Positions 54,492-63,641 of a DNA stretch of 64,000 nucleotides are shown in pieces. The DNA comes from Gammaproteobacteria bacterium. GTDB lineage: Bacteria; Pseudomonadota; Gammaproteobacteria; Magnimaribacterales; D2472. The DNA lies in assembly GCA_038141865.1 (NCBI GenBank), contig JAYQIX010000006.1, positions 147,314 to 211,313 on the forward strand, read 5' to 3'. Position numbers and translations under genes: made by a program. The notes under the pieces were generated by a model. The model saw nothing but the letters and a program-made list of their open reading frames with translations. It was not told the DNA's origin and ran no database searches. Positions within the stretch are counted from its first letter, which is position 1. The number at the start of each line of letters is the position of its first letter.

Positions 54492-56771
54492 TTGGCTTTA
54501 ACAGTAAAACAATTTGCAAAAGTATTAAAAATTTCTGATTCAGCTCTTCTAGAAAGAATGCAGAATGCTGGATTGAAACATTCAAGCAGCTCTGATGAAA
54601 TCACTCCAGCTGATAAGCAGGCACTGCTAAAATCTTTAAAAGGCGGTAAAGCTCCAGCAGCACAATCAGTTACTCCTTCTGGAAATATAACTGTAACTTC
54701 AAAAAATAAATCAGCCTCTGACTCTCAACCAATTAAAAGTTACTCTGACAATATCGAGGCAAAAAGAGCTGCAGCATCTGAGCAATTAAAAGAGCAACAA
54801 AAGAAAAGAGAAGAGCAACTTAAAGAAGCAGCTAGATTAAAACAAGAAGAACAAAAGAAAAAAGAAAAATTTAAAGCAGCAACCAAAACCGCTGAAAAGC
54901 CTGCAAAAAAAGTAAATGTTAAAGACCAACTTTCATCCGCTGTAAATGCTTACAAGAGAAAAGAAGGCAAGTTTCAATCTGAAGGCGATCATCAGTTTGA
55001 AGCGCCTACAGAATTTATCCAAAAAGAGATTCAAGTACCATCTTCAATACAAGTGGGTGAGCTTGGTAAGCTTATGGCAGTTAAAGGTGGCGTCGTAGTT
55101 AAAAATCTCATGTCTCTTGGAGTGCCAGCAACAATTAATGACATTATTGATCAAGAAACAGCAATTCTTGTGGTGGAAGAAATAGGTCATATTGGAGTTG
55201 CCATTGAAGAGGAAGATGTCGAAGAGAATTTTGCTAATTTAATTGAGTATAAAGATGAGCCATCATCAAGATCACCAGTTGTTACTGTAATGGGGCATGT
55301 TGATCATGGTAAGACAACATTATTAGATTACATAAGAAAAACAAAAGTGGTTGACGGTGAAGCCGGAGGTATTACTCAGCACATTGGTGCATATCAGGTT
55401 GAGACTTCAAAAGGAAATATTACATTTATAGATACGCCAGGGCATGCTGCTTTTTCATCAATGAGAGCAAGAGGCGCAAATACCACTGATATAGTTATAT
55501 TAGTTGTTGCAGCTAATGATGGTATTAAGCCTCAAACTGAGGAGGCCATAAATCATGCGAAAGCTGCAGGAGTCTCAATTGTAGTTGCTATTAACAAAAT
55601 GGATTTAACCGGCGCAGATGCTGAAAAAGTTAAAGGTGATTTAGCTGCTAAAGAATTAGTGCCTGAAGATTGGGGTGGAAACATCCAGATGGTACCTGTT
55701 TCTGCTCTTAAAGGCGATGGTGTTGATAAGTTATTAGAATCCGTTTTATTAGAAGCTGAGCTTTTAGAGTTAAAAGCTTCTTATGATGGACCAGCCCAAG
55801 GTGTTGTGATTGAATCAGAGCTTGATAAATTTAAGGGCTCTGTGGCCACTCTTCTTGTACAAAATGGAACTATGAAAGTAGGAGATCTAATTGCGGCAGG
55901 AAATGCAATTGGTAAAATAAAAAGTATCACTTCAAGTGAAGGATCTAAAGAAAAAAGTGTAGGCCCATCTGCAGCTGTAGAGGTTTTAGGTTTAAATAGT
56001 GTTCCAAATGCTGGAGATGTTTTTCAAGTAGTTAAAAATGAAAAACAAGCAAGAGAAATTGTTGAGTATAGGATCGATAAAGAAAAGGAAAGAAAATTAC
56101 TTAAGCAAAAAGATGAATCGGTAGGAAATTTATTTGAATCTTTTGGGCAGGACGCCAAAAAGGTTCTAAACATAATTATTAAGACTGATGTTGGCGGCAC
56201 ATGCGAGGCAATTATTGCAGCACTTAATGACCTAGCTAATGATTTAGCCAAAGTTAAGATTGTTGCTAGCGGTGTTGGGGGTATTTCTGAGTCAGATGTA
56301 AATCTTGCACTTGCAACAGATGCAATTATATTAGGTTTTAATGTAAGAGCAGATAACACTGCTAAGAAAATTGCAGAAGAGGAATCTATTCCTTTAAATT
56401 ATCATAGTATTATTTATGAGCTTCTTGATGATGTTAAGGCAAGGATGAGCGGGTTACTCGATCCAATAATTAAAGAAGAAATTATTGGAACTGCTGAAGT
56501 ATTAGAAGTCTTTAATTCTCCAAAATTTGGTCAAGTTGCTGGATGTATGGTTGTTGAAGGTTCTGTGAACCGCAATAAACCAGTTAGAGTTTTAAGAGAT
56601 GATATAGTTATTTTTGAAGGCGAACTTAATTCACTTAGAAGATTTAAGGATGATGTATCTGAGGTTAAAAACGGTAGCGAATGTGGTATGGGTATAAAAA
56701 ATTACAAAGATATTAGGCCAAAAGATAAAATTGAAGTCTTTGATAGAAAAGAGGAAGCTCAGACTATCTAA
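54492..56771 (+). CDS. infB: Translation initiation factor IF-2
   Basis: GTPase G1 motif GHVDHGKTTLLD, DTPGH and NKMD. TTG start with AAGGA 6 nt upstream. Confidence 0.96.
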   Translation: MALTVKQFAKVLKISDSALLERMQNAGLKHSSSSDEITPADKQALLKSLKGGKAPAAQSVTPSGNITVTSKNKSASDSQPIKSYSDNIEAKRAAASEQLKEQQKKREEQLKEAARLKQEEQKKKEKFKAATKTAEKPAKKVNVKDQLSSAVNAYKRKEGKFQSEGDHQFEAPTEFIQKEIQVPSSIQVGELGKLMAVKGGVVVKNLMSLGVPATINDIIDQETAILVVEEIGHIGVAIEEEDVEENFANLIEYKDEPSSRSPVVTVMGHVDHGKTTLLDYIRKTKVVDGEAGGITQHIGAYQVETSKGNITFIDTPGHAAFSSMRARGANTTDIVILVVAANDGIKPQTEEAINHAKAAGVSIVVAINKMDLTGADAEKVKGDLAAKELVPEDWGGNIQMVPVSALKGDGVDKLLESVLLEAELLELKASYDGPAQGVVIESELDKFKGSVATLLVQNGTMKVGDLIAAGNAIGKIKSITSSEGSKEKSVGPSAAVEVLGLNSVPNAGDVFQVVKNEKQAREIVEYRIDKEKERKLLKQKDESVGNLFESFGQDAKKVLNIIIKTDVGGTCEAIIAALNDLANDLAKVKIVASGVGGISESDVNLALATDAIILGFNVRADNTAKKIAEEESIPLNYHSIIYELLDDVKARMSGLLDPIIKEEIIGTAEVLEVFNSPKFGQVAGCMVVEGSVNRNKPVRVLRDDIVIFEGELNSLRRFKDDVSEVKNGSECGMGIKNYKDIRPKDKIEVFDRKEEAQTI

Positions 56772-56777
56772 TTTTAC

Positions 56778-57122
56778 ATGAGTTCCTTAAGAGCAGATAA
56801 AATTGCAGACGAGCTTAAAAAAGAGATCTCTCTAATTATCAATCGAGAAACCAAGGACCCAAGACTAAAAAATTTAAATATTAATGCCGTTAAGGTATCT
56901 GATGATGTTGGTGTAGCAACTGTATATTATTCAGTAATAGGGCAATCTATTTTAAAAGCTGAGAGCAGTTTAGATAAAAATATATTAAAAAAATTTTCTG
57001 GAATGGTTAGATCTAAACTTGCTAAAACAATGAAAATTAGAAGGGTTCCTATTATAAATTTTAGATTTGATGAAAGTATTGAGTATTCTGAAAATATTGA
57101 AAAGCTACTTCAAGATTTATAA
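56778..57122 (+). CDS. rbfA: Ribosome-binding factor A
   Basis: 114 aa. RADKIADELKKEIS and DPRL motifs, plus synteny. Confidence 0.93.
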   Translation: MSSLRADKIADELKKEISLIINRETKDPRLKNLNINAVKVSDDVGVATVYYSVIGQSILKAESSLDKNILKKFSGMVRSKLAKTMKIRRVPIINFRFDESIEYSENIEKLLQDL

Positions 57123-57129
57123 TTTTTAA

Positions 57130-57971
57130 ATGAATGGTTTTATAAATCTAATTAAAAAAAAGGGTATTAGTTCTAATGCCTCTCTTCAAGAAGCAAAAAG
57201 AAAACTTAAGATAAAGAAGGCAGGTCATCTTGGTACATTAGACCCAATGGCGCATGGTGTTCTTGTGTTAGGGATTAACAGAGGAACTAAGTTTTCATCT
57301 TACTTTCTTGAAAGCGATAAAACCTATAAGGCAGAAATTACTCTTGGTGCATCTACTGATACAGATGACGCAGCAGGTGAAATAATTTCAGAATCTTCTA
57401 AAAAAGTTTGCGCTAAAGAGGTGAAAATAGCACTTCATAAATTTATAGGAAAGTCTATGCAGGTTCCACCTAGTTTCTCTGCATTGAAGCATAAAGGAAA
57501 GCCACTATATAAGTATTCTAGAGAGGGTAAACCAATTTCTAAACCACCAAGAGAAATTAACATTTATTCCATTAAAAATTTTGAACTCAAAAATAATATT
57601 TGTATTTGTGAGATACATTGCTCAAAAGGAACATATATCAGATCTATAGCAAGAGATCTTGGTAAAATGCTTGGAGTGGGAGGCCATCTTTCTGATTTAG
57701 AAAGACTAGGACAAGGAGTTTTTAACATTAAAGATGCTATATACAATTGAGCAACTTAATGAAGATTCGATCCTATCAATTGAAAGCGCATTTCCAAATT
57801 TTATAGATATTAATTTAAGCTTTGATGAAACAAGATTTTTTTTAAATGGAGTAAAAATCAAACATAAAGAAGTACCCAGATGCTGTCTATAAAATCTATA
57901 GTGATAAGGATGTTTTCTTGGGACTTGGTGAGGTTAACGACTCTATTCTAAAACTTAAACAGCTTGTTTAA
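57130..57971 (+). CDS. truB: tRNA pseudouridine-55 synthase TruB, interrupted as assembled by two 1-nt frameshifts (about 57739-57745 and within 57853-57878)
   Basis: The catalytic GHLGTLDPMAHGVL motif is in frame 0, which stops at 57750. The +1 frame continues TIEQLNEDSILSIESAFPNF...FFLNGVKIK to 57892. The +2 frame continues PDAVYKIYSDKDVFLGLGEVNDSILKLKQLV* (PUA-like C-terminus) and stops at 57969-57971. Confidence 0.88.
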
Positions 57972-58057
57972 TGATCGAATAAGGTTTAAAGTACACCGGC
58001 TTGCTTTAGTTGCACAAGGCAGCATTCTTATTAACATGTGCATCGAGGAATTAAATA

Positions 58058-58327
58058 ATGGCATTAATAGCTAAAGAAAAAGAACAAATAGTTGAAAAAT
58101 TCAAAAAAAGCGATAACGATACTGGATCTCCAGAAGTTCAAATTGCTCTTTTAACAGAAAACATAAATAAATTACAAAGTCACTTTAAAGAACATAAGAA
58201 AGATCATCATTCCAGAACGGGTTTAATTAGGATGGTTAATCTTAGAAGAAAATTGTTGGCTTATTTAAAAAGAAAAAACCCTGAAAGCTACGCAAATATC
58301 ATCAAAGAGCTTAAACTAAGAGGTTAA
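58058..58327 (+). CDS. rpsO: 30S ribosomal protein S15
   Basis: 89 aa, with [14 protein letters not shown] and [11 protein letters not shown] motifs. Confidence 0.97.
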   Translation: MALIAKEKEQIVEKFKKSDNDTGSPEVQIALLTENINKLQSHFKEHKKDHHSRTGLIRMVNLRRKLLAYLKRKNPESYANIIKELKLRG

Positions 58328-58344
58328 TAAGAAAAAGGAAAAAC

Positions 58345-60474
58345 GTGGAAAATAATAAATTAGAGTCTACAACGGTAGAATTCAAGTACGGAAATAAATT
58401 AGTAAAATTAGAAACAAATAAAGTAGCAAGGCAAGCAACAGCAGCAGTAGTAGTAACAATAGATGATTTAGTTGTTCTTACAACAGTTGTAGCTAAAAAA
58501 GATGCAGATCCAGCAAAGGATTTCTTCCCTTTAGCAGTCTTTTATCAAGAAAAGTTTTATGCAACAGGTGCTATACCTGGAGGCTTTTTTAAAAGAGAAG
58601 CTAGGCCTACCGAAAGAGAAACACTTACATCAAGACTTATAGATAGACCTATTAGGCCTTTATTTCCTGAAAGTTTTAAAAATGAGGTGCAGGTTTTTTG
58701 TACAGTTTTATCATCAGCAAAGGATCAAAATCCGGATATAGCTGCAATGATTGGTGCTTCAGCAGCCTTATGTGTTGCCGGTGTTCCATTTGATGGTCCA
58801 ATGGGCGCAGCTAGGGTTGGTTTTATTGATGGCAATTATGTGCTTAATCCATCTTTTGCTGAATTAGAAGAATCATTCCTAGATATGGTCGTAGCTGGAA
58901 CTGAAGAAGCAGTTCTAATGGTTGAATCAGAAGCAAAAGAACTGAATGAAGACCTTATGCTTGGAGCTGTATTATTTGGTCATCAAGAAATGCAGGCTGT
59001 TGTTCATGCATGTAAAGAATTGAAAGAAAAAGCAGGTAAAGAAGACTGGGTTGTGCAAGAAGATGAAGAAACTCCAGTATATGCTGCTGAATTAGCAGAA
59101 AAATATACAGATAAAATTTCTAATGCTTTTACGATAAAAGATAAAAAAGAAAGAACATCAGCTATCAGTGAAATTAAGAATAGTATTGTTGAATCTTATC
59201 CTGATGCTGATGATATCCAGCTAGGTAAAGTTCTTGGAGCTTTTAAAAATCTTGAAAAAGATATCGTAAGAAAAAATATTCTGAGTAACCAGCCTAGAAT
59301 AGATGGTCGGGATAGAGATACAGTTAGACCTATATATGTAGAAACAGATATTCTTCCTAGTACTCATGGATCATCTTTATTTACTAGAGGTGAAACACAG
59401 GCTATGGTTGTTGCAACACTTGGTTCATCAAGAGATGCGCAAAGAATTGAATCTATTGAAGGCCAGAGCACAGATAATTTCATGCTTCATTACAATTTCC
59501 CAGCTTATAGTGTTGGAGAAATTGGTATGCCTATGGGCCCAAAGAGAAGAGAAATAGGGCATGGAAATTTAGCAAAAAGGGCAATAAAAGCCGTGCTGCC
59601 TGATGTTGATGAGTTTGGATACACAATGAGGGTTGTATCAGAAATAACCGAATCAAATGGTTCAAGTTCAATGGCTTCTGTTTGTGGTACTTCTCTTTCT
59701 CTTATGGATGCTGGAGTCCCTATTTCTAGTCCTGTTGCAGGTATTGCCATGGGCTTAATTAAAGAGGGCGATGATTTTGCTGTTCTTACTGACATATTGG
59801 GAGATGAAGATCATTTAGGAGATATGGATTTTAAAGTTGCTGGAACCGAGAACGGTATTACAGCATTGCAAATGGACATAAAAATTCAGGGTATCAACGA
59901 AGCAATAATGGAAACTGCCTTAACAAAAGCCAAAGTTGCCATTAATCACATCTTAGGAATTATGAATGAAACTATTTCAAGCCCTAAAGAGCTTGCAGAA
60001 AATGCTCCTGCAATGAAAACTTTTATGGTTGATAAAGATAAAATCAAAGAGATTATTGGTAAAGGTGGAGCAGTTATCAAAGGCATGCAAGAACAAACAG
60101 GTGCTACGGTTGACGTAAGTGATGATGGAACTGTTTCTGTCTTTGGTCAGGATCAAACTTCTATGAAAGAATGCTTAGCTATTATTGAGGGTATTCTTGA
60201 AGAACCAGAACTAAATAAAGTTTATAACGGAAAGGTTGTAAAAATTGTTGATTTTGGTGCTTTTGTAAATATTCTTCCTGGTAAAGATGGTTTATTGCAT
60301 ATATCTGAAATTTCTCACGACAGAACAGAAAGTGTTTCAGCTGTATACTCAGAAGGCGATGAAGTAACTGTTAAACTTATTGGTTTTGACAGAGGCAAGA
60401 TGAAGCTTTCAGTTAAAGCCCTTGAAGAAAAAAAATCTGAAGAATCTTCTGATTCTGAAGAAAAATCAGAATAA
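58345..60474 (+). CDS. pnp: Polyribonucleotide nucleotidyltransferase (PNPase)
   Basis: 709 aa with two RNase PH domains, KH and S1 domains, and a short acidic Ser/Glu tail. GTG start with AAGGA upstream. Confidence 0.96.
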   Translation: MENNKLESTTVEFKYGNKLVKLETNKVARQATAAVVVTIDDLVVLTTVVAKKDADPAKDFFPLAVFYQEKFYATGAIPGGFFKREARPTERETLTSRLIDRPIRPLFPESFKNEVQVFCTVLSSAKDQNPDIAAMIGASAALCVAGVPFDGPMGAARVGFIDGNYVLNPSFAELEESFLDMVVAGTEEAVLMVESEAKELNEDLMLGAVLFGHQEMQAVVHACKELKEKAGKEDWVVQEDEETPVYAAELAEKYTDKISNAFTIKDKKERTSAISEIKNSIVESYPDADDIQLGKVLGAFKNLEKDIVRKNILSNQPRIDGRDRDTVRPIYVETDILPSTHGSSLFTRGETQAMVVATLGSSRDAQRIESIEGQSTDNFMLHYNFPAYSVGEIGMPMGPKRREIGHGNLAKRAIKAVLPDVDEFGYTMRVVSEITESNGSSSMASVCGTSLSLMDAGVPISSPVAGIAMGLIKEGDDFAVLTDILGDEDHLGDMDFKVAGTENGITALQMDIKIQGINEAIMETALTKAKVAINHILGIMNETISSPKELAENAPAMKTFMVDKDKIKEIIGKGGAVIKGMQEQTGATVDVSDDGTVSVFGQDQTSMKECLAIIEGILEEPELNKVYNGKVVKIVDFGAFVNILPGKDGLLHISEISHDRTESVSAVYSEGDEVTVKLIGFDRGKMKLSVKALEEKKSEESSDSEEKSE

Positions 60475-60608
60475 ATAATCTCGCTATAATATAAATTCTC
60501 AAAAGTCAAATTTTGACAATTTATTTATGAATAATATTTGCCACTATATTTAATATATGGTTTTATATGTATTGCAAACCATATTAAAACCTATAGGGGG
60601 GAAATATT

Positions 60609-60824
60609 ATGAATGCATTAAATACGATAAAAGACTTAATTGTTCAACTTACAGGACTGCTTGTTGCGGCAGTAGGCTTAGGGGTTGTTTCAGCTATAGT
60701 CTTACCAGGTGACTGGTTCTTTGGTGGCGTTTTAGAAGCACTTCTAGACGTAATCAGAGTATTAGGAGAAAATGGATTAGTTGGTCTATTAGGCGCAGCT
60801 ATTCTTATAAATCTTCTAAAGTAA
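60609..60824 (+). CDS. Hypothetical 71-aa hydrophobic mini-protein, paralog A (family not recognised)
   Basis: ATG preceded by a GGGGGGAAA Shine-Dalgarno-like run. The paralogous ORF 68 nt downstream supports this being coding. Confidence 0.6.
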   Translation: MNALNTIKDLIVQLTGLLVAAVGLGVVSAIVLPGDWFFGGVLEALLDVIRVLGENGLVGLLGAAILINLLK

Positions 60825-60842
60825 TAGTATTTTAAAAAACTT

Positions 60843-60872
60843 GCTAGAAGAGATTTTGTAATCTCTTCTAGC
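60843..60872 (+). other. Perfect 13-bp inverted repeat (hairpin, 4-nt loop) between the two mini-protein genes
   Basis: GCTAGAAGAGATT-ttgt-AATCTCTTCTAGC with exact complementarity. No clear U-tract follows. Confidence 0.85.
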
Positions 60873-60891
60873 TACTCTTTACCTAAAAACT

Positions 60892-61113
60892 ATGGAATAT
60901 TTAACAAAAATAAAAGAAATTCTTAATAAGTTAATTGGTGTTTTGTTGCCATTAGTTGCTTTATCAATTTTGCTAGGTATTATTTTTGGTCCAGACACAG
61001 CCTTTGTTGGAGATGTGTATTCTAATATAGCAAGCATTTTAGCTTTACTTGGTGAAGATGCTCTTCTTGCTTTGGTATCAATAGTCATAATCTTGGCATT
61101 CCTAAGGAAATAG
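60892..61113 (+). CDS. Hypothetical 73-aa hydrophobic mini-protein, paralog B
   Basis: About 31% identity to paralog A by hand alignment, with shared landmarks (M..L..IK[DE], G16, D35..F.G.V, LGE[ND], terminal L.K) and nearly the same length. Confidence 0.6.
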   Translation: MEYLTKIKEILNKLIGVLLPLVALSILLGIIFGPDTAFVGDVYSNIASILALLGEDALLALVSIVIILAFLRK

Positions 61114-61134
61114 AACAGTCAAAAATTATATAAG

Positions 61135-61211
61135 TGGTGGCTATGGGTGGAATTGAACCACCGACCCCAGCGTTATGAGTGCTGTGCTCTAACCATCTGA
61201 GCTACATAGCC
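61135..61211 (-). tRNA. Elongator tRNA-Met (anticodon CAU)
   Basis: The reverse complement reads GGCTATGTAGCTCAGATGGTTAGAGCACAGCACTCATAACGCTGGGGTCGGTGGTTCAATTCCACCCATAGCCACCA. It is close to E. coli elongator tRNA-Met as I recall it. The anticodon stem has an A31-C39 mismatch. An Ile2 (lysidine) identity cannot be fully excluded. Confidence 0.85.
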
Positions 61212-61224
61212 AAGTGTAGGATGA

Positions 61225-61252
61225 ATGATAATTATATCTAATCTATAGTCAA
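61225..61252 (-). promoter_or_regulatory. Candidate sigma-70 promoter for tRNA-Met (TTGACT-N16-TATCAT)
   Basis: On the minus strand the -35 TTGACT is at 61252-61247 and the -10 TATCAT at 61230-61225. The tRNA 5' end lies 13 nt downstream of the -10. Confidence 0.4.
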
Positions 61253-61264
61253 TATAATTTTCAT

Positions 61265-62354
61265 CTAAACATTAAATTTAAAGTGGATAATATCTCCATC
61301 TTTAACAATATAATCTTTACCTTCTAATCTTAATTTACCCTTTTCTTTTGAACCTTGTTCACCATTACACTCAATATAATCAGAATAAGAAATAACCTCA
61401 GCCTTAATAAAACCTTTTTCAAAGTCTGTATGTATTACACTAGCTGCTTTTGGCGCTAAAGAATCCTTTTGTATAGTCCATGCTCTCAATTCACTTGGAC
61501 CTGCTGTGAAATATGTTTCCAATCCTAGAATTTGATAACCTTTAAAAATAATTTTATTTAACACAGGTTCATCCATTCCCATAAGCTCTAAGTACTCAAC
61601 TCTTTCCTCATTTTCAAGAGATGCAATTTCTTGTTCGATTTTAATTGATGCCGGTATTACAGTTGCATTAGATTCAGCTGCAAATTTTTGAAGTTTTGAT
61701 AACTGCTCATCTGATGATCCATCCTCAGATATATTTGCGATGTAAAAAATAGGTTTTGTGCTTAATAGTTGAAATTGATTAACAATTTTTTTATCTTCGT
61801 TAGAAAATTTATCTATATCTATCAAACTACCAGATTCAAGATCTTTTTTAATTTCAACAAGCAATTCATATTGTTCTTTATTTTTTTTATCATTAGTTTT
61901 AAGGAGCTTTTCACACTTTAATATTCTTTTTGATACAGATTCTAAATCAGCCATTATTAATTCAAGGTTAATAATCTCTGCATCTTTAATAGGATTAATT
62001 TCACCATCTACATGAGTAATATTTTTGTCCTCGAAGCACCTCACAACATGGGCTAGAGCATTCATTTCTCTAATATTGGAAAGAAATGCATTGCCAAGAC
62101 CCTCTCCCTTAGATGCTCCTTTAACTAATCCAGCAATATCAACAAGATCTAAGGTTGCAGGGACAATTTTCTCAGATGAAACAATTTTTTGTATTTCTGC
62201 CAATCGATTATCAGGAAGTTGAACCTTACCCACATTTGGCTCGATAGTGCAAAATGGGAAGTTTTCAGCAGGAATTGACGAATTAGTCAAGAGCATTAAA
62301 TAAGGTAGACTTTCCAACATTTGGTAGCCCAATAATTCCACACTTAAACCCCAT
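61265..62354 (-). CDS. ychF: Ribosome-binding ATPase YchF, interrupted as assembled by a 1-nt insertion near 62288
   Basis: From the ATG at 62354 the frame reads [22 protein letters not shown] (P-loop) and then hits a stop. The ORF-track frame continues [20 protein letters not shown]. The junction matches [24 protein letters not shown] of E. coli YchF. Confidence 0.93.
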
Positions 62355-62355
62355 G

Positions 62356-62922
62356 TTAGTTTGTATGAAGGTATTTCTGCGCTTCTGCAAATTCTTTATT
62401 GCAGATTTTATTGAAAGCGCCTTTTAGTTTGTTATAACTTTTTTTTAAGCATTCTTTATCAGCTGGGTTAAATTTACTTAAAACCCATTTATTAACTTCA
62501 GACTTCATACCAGGATGGCCAATACCGATTCTTATTCTTATAAATTCTTTTGATCCTGTTTTTTGAAAAATATCTCTAAGGCCATTATGACCCCCATGAC
62601 CCCCATCAATTTTAAGGCGAACATCACCAGGATTAAGATCCAAATCATCATGAAGAACTATAATATTTTTCATATCAAGATTATTATTTTTAATTATCTT
62701 TTTAACTGTTGATCCTGAATTATTAACGTAATTATCAGGTATAACCCATAGAATTTTTCCATCATGAGATGAAGCTATTGATGATTCAAATTTTTTCTTA
62801 GGCTCAAAGGTAAGATTGAGCTCCTGAGAAAGGGCAACTAACCAGTCTTTTCCAATGTTATGTTTAGTTTGATCATACTTTGTGCCTGGATTTCCAAGCC
62901 CTATGAAGCATAGATCGAACAT
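62356..62922 (-). CDS. pth: Peptidyl-tRNA hydrolase
   Basis: [19 protein letters not shown] and [11 protein letters not shown] motifs. Confidence 0.96.
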   Translation of the reverse strand: MFDLCFIGLGNPGTKYDQTKHNIGKDWLVALSQELNLTFEPKKKFESSIASSHDGKILWVIPDNYVNNSGSTVKKIIKNNNLDMKNIIVLHDDLDLNPGDVRLKIDGGHGGHNGLRDIFQKTGSKEFIRIRIGIGHPGMKSEVNKWVLSKFNPADKECLKKSYNKLKGAFNKICNKEFAEAQKYLHTN

Positions 62923-62933
62923 GTTATTTTGCT

Positions 62934-63632
62934 TTATGCTTCTTCAGAGCCTTCGTCTGCATCATCGCTTGATGAATCTTCACCATCTTCAGAAGCAGTT
63001 TCCACAGCTTCACCTTCAGCTTCATCATCAACAATAGGCTCTTCTTCAACGACTGCCTTAGGAGCATTAATAGAAACAATCATCTGATCCGTAGTCTCAT
63101 CAAGCCCAGGAATCTCACTTCCTTCTGGAAGATTTAGTTCTGTTAGTCTAATGGACCCACCAAGAGGAAGATCAATTACATCTACGTCAATTGATTCTGG
63201 GATATTTCCAGCGGAGCATAAAATCTCAATTTCTCTAATTGATTTAGAAATTACGCCACCTTCATTTTTGATGCCCTCACAATCATCTTCGTTTACAAAA
63301 TTAACAGGTATAACTACTTTAAGTTTTGTTTTTCTTGAAACTCTCTGAAAATCAGCGTGAAGAAGTTTGCCTTTGGCAGGGTCTCTCTGTAATTCTTTTA
63401 AAACAACTTTTTCTTCTTCTTCACCAGTTTTGATAAGAAGAACCTGAGTATAAAAAAGTTCGTTTTGAGAAGCTTTGGTTAATTCATTCAGCCTAAGTTT
63501 GATATTTAATGATTCTTTTTCAGCACCATAGATAATTGCAGGCACCATACCATCAATATTTCTGATAACACGTGCTTTGTTGGATCCAGTTCTCTCTCTA
63601 GGATCAGCATTTAAAATTATTTGCTCACTCAT
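62934..63632 (-). CDS. rplY: 50S ribosomal protein L25 / general stress protein Ctc form, with acidic C-terminal tail
   Basis: N-terminal RERTGSNKARVIRNIDGMVPAIIYG. Arrangement prs-rplY-pth-ychF as in Pseudomonas. Confidence 0.92.
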   Translation of the reverse strand: MSEQIILNADPRERTGSNKARVIRNIDGMVPAIIYGAEKESLNIKLRLNELTKASQNELFYTQVLLIKTGEEEEKVVLKELQRDPAKGKLLHADFQRVSRKTKLKVVIPVNFVNEDDCEGIKNEGGVISKSIREIEILCSAGNIPESIDVDVIDLPLGGSIRLTELNLPEGSEIPGLDETTDQMIVSINAPKAVVEEEPIVDDEAEGEAVETASEDGEDSSSDDADEGSEEA

Positions 63633-63641
63633 AATATCCTC

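Noticed and set aside
57972-58057. S15 autoregulatory leader structure or promoter upstream of rpsO (TTGCAC-N16-TAACAT and short CTTG/CAAG pairing). A 6-bp stem upstream of rpsB (3831-3861) was also considered as an S2 leader.
   Set aside because: Only 4-6 bp stems and weak hexamers are present, which is indistinguishable from chance in AT-rich DNA without covariation data.
60879-61088. 69-aa minus-strand ORF antisense to mini-protein B.
   Set aside because: The plus-strand ORF has a paralog next door with shared landmarks. The antisense ORF has no such support and no plausible start context.
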